Part shown: positions 24,905 to 32,000 of the stretch, piece by piece | How positions within the stretch are numbered: position 1 is the first letter of the stretch | How the letters are laid out: the number at the start of each line of letters is the position of its first letter | Origin: Candidatus Harpocratesius repetitus | GTDB taxonomy: Archaea; Asgardarchaeota; Lokiarchaeia; Sigyniarchaeales; Promethearchaeaceae | DNA length: 32,000 nt | Direction: 5' to 3' | Assembly (NCBI GenBank): GCA_021498095.1 | Contig: JAIZWK010000001.1 | Span: 3,060,001 to 3,092,000, forward strand | Notes under the pieces: model-generated | Database searches by the model: none | Seen by the model: the letters and a program-made list of their open reading frames with translations, nothing else | Told to the model about the DNA's origin: nothing | Program-made: the position numbers and the translations under genes

Positions 24905-26314
24905 TTAAAAATAGCCGATATCAATAAAGTGTTTCCGCAGCTCTGCAAGTAACATAGTCGCATACGTGCCTTTTGGAAGAGAAAATTCAAGCTTTACGCC
25001 ATTTGGATCCAATTCGGGATATTTATTCAAGATATAAGCCTGCTGGACTTTTAAGTTAGTGGGAAAATTGTTTATAGCTCGAAATGTCCCCTCAAAAAGA
25101 AATAATTTAGGAAATTTATGATCAAAAAAATCTAATGGAAACTCATGCTTTTCCAATAAAGATGAATAAATTGGCTTAAAATAGGAAAATTTTTCTAAAT
25201 TTGTTTTGTAACCTATAATTGGAGCAACAATTGCAGCACGATGATGTTTAAACGCCTTAATGATATTAGGATCATTCCAACCATCGCCCCCATGATATTG
25301 ATAAAATATTAAAGAAGGATGCCCTTTTGGATCTTTTAATATTGAGACAATATCACCATTTACAGGTTTATGTAGAAAGTCATTACGCTCTAATCGTTCG
25401 GATACTGCCAAATTGAACAAATAAGATTGATATGAAGATAAAATTAAATTAATTAGGGAAGGTGGTAGACTTAAAATAGCCCCTTTGTAATCATTAGGAT
25501 GATGATTTAAATATTGAACCATTCTTTTTTCATAATGAAGAGAGCGTGGTAAATCATCAGACCAAATACCATTCTGAGCATTTTCTGCCAATTTTTTCCT
25601 TGCTTCTCGAATTTTTTCGTACTCAAGTGGATATATTGTAAATAAAAATTCTTCAACTGCCTCTTTGTATTGATGACAGAATAAATATCGCCCAACCAAA
25701 TGAGAATTCGGTCGATGTTGCCCGAATCGCTGCATTCCATAATAGTTGGGAAATCCCCGCTCATTTATTTGATCTTTCCATTTTGTTATAATCGGCTCGA
25801 TTTCAGAAAAAGGTCGTTCCGTATGTCGAATGTTAATTGTAAAACGATTTCCCCATAATCTTCCTAGTTTGACGTAATGGCGACTAGGTACGATTTGACA
25901 AATATCAATATTAGGATGCCGAAAATGGTGTAATCTTTCGATAAAATCACCACGAACAGAAAATCTTTGAGAAGTAATGGCGGTATGATCCTTAATTCCT
26001 GCCCATTGAATATCAGATTCAGAAACATGTAAAAAATCTCGAATAACTTCCGCGGCATAAATTGTATCTGTATTTTTTTTTATCACTGTAAATTGAGTAA
26101 ATTTACCAGAAGTAGTAAAGGAAAGATCTTGAGTAGAGGATTCTCTTGTGGTTAAAACTTCACCATTTGGAAGTATTTCCTGAACAATAAAATCAGCAAT
26201 ATCTTCCTTAATTCTTCCACCTATTGGAGGTGTATCTGTTGTATATCCCCTGATACCAACAAATCGACGCATTTGATCGTATATATTTCCATTCACAGTT
26301 GGTGAAAACGCCAT
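24905..26314 (-). CDS. truD: tRNA pseudouridine(13) synthase TruD/Pus7
   Basis: GGRIKE...DFIVQEI, AGIKDHTAITSQ (catalytic Asp), GNRFTINIR, PNYYGMQRFG, FSLPKGTYAT. Confidence 0.95.
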   Translation of the reverse strand: MAFSPTVNGNIYDQMRRFVGIRGYTTDTPPIGGRIKEDIADFIVQEILPNGEVLTTRESSTQDLSFTTSGKFTQFTVIKKNTDTIYAAEVIRDFLHVSESDIQWAGIKDHTAITSQRFSVRGDFIERLHHFRHPNIDICQIVPSRHYVKLGRLWGNRFTINIRHTERPFSEIEPIITKWKDQINERGFPNYYGMQRFGQHRPNSHLVGRYLFCHQYKEAVEEFLFTIYPLEYEKIREARKKLAENAQNGIWSDDLPRSLHYEKRMVQYLNHHPNDYKGAILSLPPSLINLILSSYQSYLFNLAVSERLERNDFLHKPVNGDIVSILKDPKGHPSLIFYQYHGGDGWNDPNIIKAFKHHRAAIVAPIIGYKTNLEKFSYFKPIYSSLLEKHEFPLDFFDHKFPKLFLFEGTFRAINNFPTNLKVQQAYILNKYPELDPNGVKLEFSLPKGTYATMLLAELRKHFIDIGYF

Positions 26315-26401
26315 AAAAACTCCGAAATCTCCTGAAACTTGATCACTAGAAATAAGTATAAAAAAAGAAAAAGGAAAAGGATAAACGATATTTAAATATA
26401 T

Positions 26402-26806
26402 TTAAACTCGTCGACCGCGTCGGCCACCAGCTCGCCGCGTTCCATCATGTGGTAATGGAGTTACTTCTTCAATTCGCCCAATTCGTAATCCCGAACGTGC
26501 TAAACCACGAATTGCTGCTTGAGCTCCAGGTCCAGGTGTTTTGGCACCCCTTCCTCCAGGTGCACGCACTTTAATATGTATACCACCAATGCCTTTATCC
26601 TTTAAAGTCATTGAAGCACGAGACGCCATTGACATTGCAGCATAAGGTTTAGCTTCATCACGATCACTTTTTACAACCATACCTCCAGAAATTCGGGTGA
26701 TTGTTTCAGCTCCACTTAAATCGGTAATTGTTAAAATTGTATCATTATAACTTGCGAAGAGATGAGCCACAGCCCATTTAATTCTTCTAGATGTAGACTT
26801 TACCAT
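26402..26806 (-). CDS. rps11: 30S ribosomal protein uS11 (archaeal type)
   Basis: [49 protein letters not shown]. Confidence 0.98.
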   Translation of the reverse strand: MVKSTSRRIKWAVAHLFASYNDTILTITDLSGAETITRISGGMVVKSDRDEAKPYAAMSMASRASMTLKDKGIGGIHIKVRAPGGRGAKTPGPGAQAAIRGLARSGLRIGRIEEVTPLPHDGTRRAGGRRGRRV

Positions 26807-26807
26807 A

Positions 26808-27365
26808 TTAATCTTCCTCCGCTCCAGCTACTTCTTCAGATGCTTTATCTTTTCTGGCAGCTCCGCCCCAAATCTTGCTGGCATCGATTTTAAAGGGTGA
26901 ATTTGCAGCATAATCAACTTGATCATCCTTTTTAACTAAATATGAAGGAGAATCAATAATCGCCCCATTAACTGCAATATGCCCGTGAGTTACAAATTGT
27001 CTGGCTTGCTGAATGGTTTTTGCCAAGCCATTTTTATGAACTATTGTTTGCAGTCGTCGTTCTAAAATGTGCTCTACTGTGAGTGATAAGATATCATCTG
27101 TTGTGGCGTCTGCACCAACTAATCCAAGCTTTTCCAATCCAGAACGAATTTCTGCAAATCGCTCTTCTCTTATCCCATCTGGTAAAGTACGATTGGCTCG
27201 GGCTAACTGTCGATAATGTGATAATTGATATTTATGCTTTCGAAACTCCTTTTTATTTCTAAGGCCATATTTACCTAAATAGGTAAACTCTTCGACAATC
27301 CGATCTTTCTCAAAAGGATTGTTAGGAGTTGCATATTTCTTTTTTAATCGTCGTGGATCTCCCAT
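26808..27365 (-). CDS. rps4: 30S ribosomal protein uS4 (archaeal type)
   Basis: MGDPRR...YGLRNKKE...[10 protein letters not shown]...[11 protein letters not shown]. The GTG at 27374 is part of the AGGTGA ribosome-binding site, so the start is ATG 27365. Confidence 0.97.
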   Translation of the reverse strand: MGDPRRLKKKYATPNNPFEKDRIVEEFTYLGKYGLRNKKEFRKHKYQLSHYRQLARANRTLPDGIREERFAEIRSGLEKLGLVGADATTDDILSLTVEHILERRLQTIVHKNGLAKTIQQARQFVTHGHIAVNGAIIDSPSYLVKKDDQVDYAANSPFKIDASKIWGGAARKDKASEEVAGAEED

Positions 27366-27382
27366 TATATTCACCTATTTAA

Positions 27383-27880
27383 TTATTTCCCACCTTTAGC
27401 GGTCTTTCTCATATATCCAACGACAAGACCATGTCGACCGGTGGTTCTGGTGCGTTGACCCCGTACTTTCAATCCATACATATGGCGGATACCCTTCCAA
27501 GAGCGAGTACGTTTCATTCGATCTAAATCCATCTTGGTAATAAGTTCTAAATCATTTCCTGTTATATGACGATACTCGCCTGTGCGCAAATCTTTTTGAC
27601 GATTGACCATCCATTTAGGAATTCCATATTTAACTGGATCGCGGATAATTTCCACTAATTTTTCTTGCTGTTCTTCAGTTAACAGACCAATTCTAATGTT
27701 GGGATCTAATCCACTAACACGAATGATCGCGGTTGCCAACCTGCGTCCAATTCCCCGTATCTTTGAAAGCCCAAATTCAAGTCTTCGATGTCCTTCAATA
27801 GATGTTCCAATAATCCGCAGGAGATTTCGGAATTCTGGGGTTTTTTGATAATATTTTCTATCGAATAAGTTTTCAGGCAT
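27383..27880 (-). CDS. rps13: 30S ribosomal protein uS13 (archaeal type)
   Basis: GLSKIRGIGRR, IPKWMVNRQKD..TG, SWKGIRH..GLKVRGQRTRTTGR. The start is placed at MPEN (GGGGA upstream); the ORF track starts at 27928. Confidence 0.97.
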   Translation of the reverse strand: MPENLFDRKYYQKTPEFRNLLRIIGTSIEGHRRLEFGLSKIRGIGRRLATAIIRVSGLDPNIRIGLLTEEQQEKLVEIIRDPVKYGIPKWMVNRQKDLRTGEYRHITGNDLELITKMDLDRMKRTRSWKGIRHMYGLKVRGQRTRTTGRHGLVVGYMRKTAKGGK

Positions 27881-28076
27881 ATTCATATTCCCCGCGCGAT
27901 TAGTTTCGCAAAATAAAGAAGAATGCATTGAATTTAGAATTTGCGAAAAAATAATGTAATGCAGAAAGATAGATAACTATGAAAATAATCAAGATTACCA
28001 TCTTTGGTAAAATCAACGAATTTAAATTTTATGATTATCATGAAAAAAAGATTACAGATAAAATCTCTTGATTGCA

Positions 28077-29333
28077 TTAAGAAGGAATTATTATTTTCAG
28101 TTTAATATCTTGTCCTGTTTCCGTTTTTACGGCTTCTTGTAATTCTTCACGTTCAGATTTTACTTTGTTTAACAAATCTTTGTAATCGCGTCTGTATCTT
28201 GCAACATCATTTTCAAAATGTTCTAAATCAACTGTTGCAATGGAAATTTTTTCTTTTAAATCATTTCTTTGCGACTCAAGACCTTTGGATTTCATTAATT
28301 TTCGAATTTCTTCCTTTTTCTCTTCCAATTCCAAAATTTTCTGAATCTCGTGTTCAAGAGAATTATTTGAAACAATATCATTAATATTTTCGATAACACG
28401 TGTTTTTAGATCTGATTTTAATTGAAGAGAATCCTTTTCATCTTCTAGCATTATCCTAGTTTTGATTAAAAGCTGACGTAGATGGGGGATTTTGGGTCCT
28501 TCACTTAATATTGCTGCAACAGAGTCCTTTAGATAAGGTTTCAGATCAGATTCAGAAATATCACGAAGAGAAATAGTGCCTTTTTCTAAATATTTTTTCA
28601 TTTTTTTAAAAGCTTTTTTAAATTTGAGTTTTTCTCTAAATTCGCGCTTAGCGATTTCCAGATCATGCTCGATTTTTTGGAATTTTTGTAAATCTGGATC
28701 CTCATTGAGTTTATCCAATTTTTCTTCCATATCTTTCAATTTTGATTTCATAGATTCAAACGTAGATTCTAATTCATCTAATTTCTTTTTAGTTATTGCT
28801 AAACGCTCAATATTGTTCTGTAATAAGGGAATTCGTTTAAGTAAACTTTCTGCTTCTTTTCCATCTTGATAATTTTTCAACAAGAATTTGTTAATCTTTT
28901 GGCTGTAATTCCCAATTTTTCGCAGATGTAGATCTATTTCTTTAATTTCAAGTTTAAATTGTTTGTAAAATCGTCGAATTGTCTTTTTTCCTTGTGAATT
29001 ATAAATAAAATAAACTTTCTTAACGCCATCATTAAATTTTTGACACGTTTCATAAGAAATGGAATTGTGGATAGTGGGAATTTGCATCTCATCAATTGAA
29101 TTTAGCACAGTATCAACAAAACGCTCCATAATCTTCTGGGTTTTCTCATCTAATTTTTCTTCGTCTTTTTCAGGTTTATAAGATCGCCAAGCTTTTAAAG
29201 CATTTTTAGCTTGAGCAACTTCATCAGCAATTTTAGCAAAAATTTTGGATAGTAATTTATGTTCACGCTTAAATCGCTCTTGTAATTGTTCTAAATACCA
29301 TGATTCCAAATCTACCAAATTCACTTCGAACAT
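28077..29333 (-). CDS. Lys/Glu-rich helical coiled-coil protein of unknown function
   Basis: Heptad-like stretches (LERLAITKKKLDELESTFESMKSKLKDMEEKLDKL; LESQRNDLKEKISIATVDLEHFENDV); no Walker A motif seen; ATG at 29333. Confidence 0.7.
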   Translation of the reverse strand: MFEVNLVDLESWYLEQLQERFKREHKLLSKIFAKIADEVAQAKNALKAWRSYKPEKDEEKLDEKTQKIMERFVDTVLNSIDEMQIPTIHNSISYETCQKFNDGVKKVYFIYNSQGKKTIRRFYKQFKLEIKEIDLHLRKIGNYSQKINKFLLKNYQDGKEAESLLKRIPLLQNNIERLAITKKKLDELESTFESMKSKLKDMEEKLDKLNEDPDLQKFQKIEHDLEIAKREFREKLKFKKAFKKMKKYLEKGTISLRDISESDLKPYLKDSVAAILSEGPKIPHLRQLLIKTRIMLEDEKDSLQLKSDLKTRVIENINDIVSNNSLEHEIQKILELEEKKEEIRKLMKSKGLESQRNDLKEKISIATVDLEHFENDVARYRRDYKDLLNKVKSEREELQEAVKTETGQDIKLKIIIPS

Positions 29334-29445
29334 TTTCAACGATCAGTTTGAATAATTAAGGAGAATATATAAAACTTAATCACACTTAAAGAAATTCAAA
29401 AAAAAATTAGATTTTAAAAGTTAAAGCTAAAAAAATAACAAAAAA

Positions 29446-31197
29446 CTATTCAGATTCCTTAATAAATTTACGTAATGCATCCATATCTATTCCTAAATAG
29501 CCTTGTTCAGCATACTCTTTTGCACGAATTCGATTCATCGATTTATCTTCATCACTGATGAATAGAATTCCTTTCTTAAGAAAGCCATCAATGTAATTTT
29601 GAAAATGCATTGTATCACTAATAAATTCATCAGATGGAGGTTCTTCATATGTCTGAATTATTGGGTTTCCATTTTCATCGGCTTTCATACCTTTCATTCC
29701 TACAAAAAGTGCACCCAATGTTGCAATAAAGGGTAATTGATGAGCCATGTCGCTCATTTTTAAAAAGGCTTGAATATTCTTCATAGATAAATATTCTGAT
29801 AGTAAATCGATATTAAATCCAAAACAACCACTATAGTGGGTTTTTAGAGTATTTTCAATACCTTCTTTTATTGCTTGAAGTCTTGCAAATTTATCGGTGG
29901 GAGACTTGCGGAATAATTCCCGATAATCCGCAGTATTAAGTAATTTCATCGAATACTTTCCTTCATCATAACTCATTTCAACTAAAGCTTCATATGGTTT
30001 AGTTTCATCTTCGATATTATCTTGAAAAGTTACAATAAGTATCTTTTTAAAATAACGGGTAACAGTTTTGAATGCATTTGAAAATTCAGTGATACCTGTA
30101 CCTAATTCCAATCCAAATAATTTCAGAAAAGAATTAATTAAAGAATCAGGACAAAAAGTTGATGAAAAAACAATTTCAAACAAATTTGAGAAAAAAGCGA
30201 ACATTCCCATATCAGATTCACGAAAACGATTAAAATGGAATTTAAAACTTTTCATATCTAATACAGCCGTTCGTAATCCTGTTCTTTCATAAACTTTTCT
30301 CCCAATATCCAGAAGTGACAATTCTGGTTTTAGCACATCTTTAAAGATATGATTTGGAAGTGCGGCGATCTTCATACGATTGTGATCTACCATTAATTTT
30401 ATACCAAATAAAATCTTTTGATGATTTTCTGAAACCAAAATCATGTTCATTAAAAGATCATCAAGTAGGGTTGTAACAATAATTAACCATTGTTGAACAT
30501 CAACATTGTTCCAAGATTGAATCCATTTTTTCAAAGTTTTCAAATTAGATTTATTATGTATATTTTGAGAAATAATATAATATTGTAAATTAGCAGGATC
30601 ATCATTAAATCCTTCTAAAATGTAACCTTTCCACCGTAGAATTTTAGAAATTGCCAAAAGAACGTTAGTGTTGAAGGAAGGAAGTTTTAATGATGCAATA
30701 TCCTCTTTTAAAGTCCATGGTATTATTAAACTCCGTACATTCGAATATCCATATTTTGCTGAGAAGTATTCTTTTATTAATTGGTTGATTGGTTTCAGTT
30801 GTTTGATCGAAGTTTGAAGTTTTTCGAAAAATTCGCTTTTTTCTTGAAATTCACTTATGAATTCTACTTCAAATTCTAAAAATGATTTTAATTCCCCCTT
30901 TTCATCTTGATCAGTAAATTTATCAATATGAATTATAAATCCATCAAGAATATTCATAGACTTATCGATCAAAACAATAAGATTATCCTTAAATGGCTCT
31001 TTTTCATAGAAATAATGTAAAAGATTGTATACTTGGGTTAAATTCCATGAAATAGGTAATCCAGAATATAAAACCTTCGGAATAGTCACTTTTTCAAATG
31101 GATTTAAGGCAATTCGATTAAATATCTGAATAGAGAGCTCGACGGTTCTATGGAATTTCTGAATTTCATTCAAACTTAAACAATTTTCCTTTAACAT
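29446..31197 (-). CDS. Large hypothetical protein (583 aa)
   Basis: Long uninterrupted ORF in AT-rich DNA; no recognised motif. Confidence 0.75.
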   Translation of the reverse strand: MLKENCLSLNEIQKFHRTVELSIQIFNRIALNPFEKVTIPKVLYSGLPISWNLTQVYNLLHYFYEKEPFKDNLIVLIDKSMNILDGFIIHIDKFTDQDEKGELKSFLEFEVEFISEFQEKSEFFEKLQTSIKQLKPINQLIKEYFSAKYGYSNVRSLIIPWTLKEDIASLKLPSFNTNVLLAISKILRWKGYILEGFNDDPANLQYYIISQNIHNKSNLKTLKKWIQSWNNVDVQQWLIIVTTLLDDLLMNMILVSENHQKILFGIKLMVDHNRMKIAALPNHIFKDVLKPELSLLDIGRKVYERTGLRTAVLDMKSFKFHFNRFRESDMGMFAFFSNLFEIVFSSTFCPDSLINSFLKLFGLELGTGITEFSNAFKTVTRYFKKILIVTFQDNIEDETKPYEALVEMSYDEGKYSMKLLNTADYRELFRKSPTDKFARLQAIKEGIENTLKTHYSGCFGFNIDLLSEYLSMKNIQAFLKMSDMAHQLPFIATLGALFVGMKGMKADENGNPIIQTYEEPPSDEFISDTMHFQNYIDGFLKKGILFISDEDKSMNRIRAKEYAEQGYLGIDMDALRKFIKESE

Positions 31198-31356
31198 TAA
31201 GTTTTGGTTATTTGAACTCTATAAAAAAACTTATTTTCATTTTCTTACTCAAATTATAGAAATGATGAGAAAAAATTTTTCTAAAAAAAGTTTTTAAAAA
31301 AGGAATTTATCTAAAATTAGATAAATACAAATTTTTGCAAACATTTTTGTAACTTA

Positions 31357-32000
31357 ATGAATTCCGGTGATATGAAAATAACAATTCCCTCTGAAATTGA
31401 AGAACAACTTATAAAAGACTATAATATTCTATTAAAAAATCCCAAACCGGAAGAGGAAGAACGCATTCATAACGAATTGTTACAAATATTTCAAAAATTA
31501 TCAGTAAATTTGCCTCAAGATTCTGAAATTTGTGTTAAAAGCGAAGTCATTCTCGAATTAATTCGTTCATGGGATCCATTAGATTATTGGTTTGTCGAAC
31601 TCCCAGAATTACCAATAAAATTGAGGAATTTCCTGATTTCTTTTACTAAATTTCAGGCACCAGATAATATAAAGAAATTACTTTCAACTGAAGCAAAAAA
31701 ATTAACTAATCTTATTGGTCAAAAACCAGAAAAGAAAGAAACAAACAAAGAAGAGGAAATAATCGAATTAGAAAGCAATTTAGATAAAATTGAAAGTATA
31801 AAAGGGAATATGTCTGTTAGTTTTGAAGAATCAAATAGAATTAATAAACGAATAGAAATTCTTCAAGAAAAAATGAAAAAATTGCAATTGAATGCTGTAA
31901 AAAAGCTAAAAACACCTACTATTACAGTACAAAACTTAAACGGAAACAAAAAACAACAAATTAAATCGAAGAATGAGCGGTTAAAACCACCTGTTCTTAA
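31357..32000 (+). CDS. 3'-truncated hypothetical protein, helical/coiled-coil (not in the ORF track)
   Basis: ATG at 31357 or in-frame 31372; frame stays open to the window end (MKITIPSEIEEQLIKDYNILLKNP...LIRSWDPLDYWF...RLKPPVL). Confidence 0.7.
   Translation, partial: MNSGDMKITIPSEIEEQLIKDYNILLKNPKPEEEERIHNELLQIFQKLSVNLPQDSEICVKSEVILELIRSWDPLDYWFVELPELPIKLRNFLISFTKFQAPDNIKKLLSTEAKKLTNLIGQKPEKKETNKEEEIIELESNLDKIESIKGNMSVSFEESNRINKRIEILQEKMKKLQLNAVKKLKTPTITVQNLNGNKKQQIKSKNERLKPPVL

Noticed and set aside
26391-26406. Perfect 16-bp palindrome TTTAAATATATTTAAA at the rps11 stop
   Set aside because: All A/T and adequately explained as a TATA-like box for truD overlapping a TAA stop.
6758-30292. 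Short ORF-track entries such as 6758-6946, 8724-8912, 12817-13074, 12861-13061, 13634-13837, 15886-16173, 17428-17637, 17921-18118, 18378-18632, 19708-19908, 21778-22326, 22698-22898, 24043-24276, 25507-26058, 27603-27848, 28199-28869 and 30068-30292
   Set aside because: Nearly all are antisense or off-frame shadows of well-supported genes, with biased composition and no motifs; 6758-6946 is intergenic but has no supporting features.
1-32000. tRNA, rRNA, transposase or integrase genes
   Set aside because: Intergenic regions are short and AT-rich with no cloverleaf or rRNA-like GC-rich stretch, and no ORF has DDE or tyrosine-recombinase motifs that I could recognise. A tRNAscan/Infernal run would confirm.

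Overview
AT-rich archaeal chromosomal window, most likely an Asgard archaeon (Lokiarchaeia-like). This is inferred from archaeal uS13/uS4/uS11, an archaeal-type AspRS, TATA/BRE promoters, a stand-alone Roadblock/LC7 protein and a membrane protein with a longin/roadblock-like domain. Left end: a signalling patch (TM-longin-like, 7TM, Roadblock, bacterial-type hybrid kinase, HxlR), a methyltransferase and pncA. Centre (about 8.1-20.6 kb): a sulfur/redox island. It holds hdrC-hdrB-hdrA-mvhD, an MvhG fused to what looks like a nickel-less, rearranged fragment of the MvhA large subunit, a ferredoxin-wHTH fusion, three TusA paralogues, a YchN-type DsrE, a DsrE2, a DsrEFH/TusDCB trio, IscS, an E1-like ThiF/MoeB and a Cys-rich Lrp. 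Three minus-strand promoters in the island share one architecture: a TATA box followed by TGTACATT-N29-AATG at the predicted transcription start. Right end: pncB, iscU, aspS, truD, rps11-rps4-rps13 (no rpoD) and uncharacterised proteins. I saw no rRNA, tRNA, CRISPR array or mobile element. All family calls are by motif recognition, without database searches.
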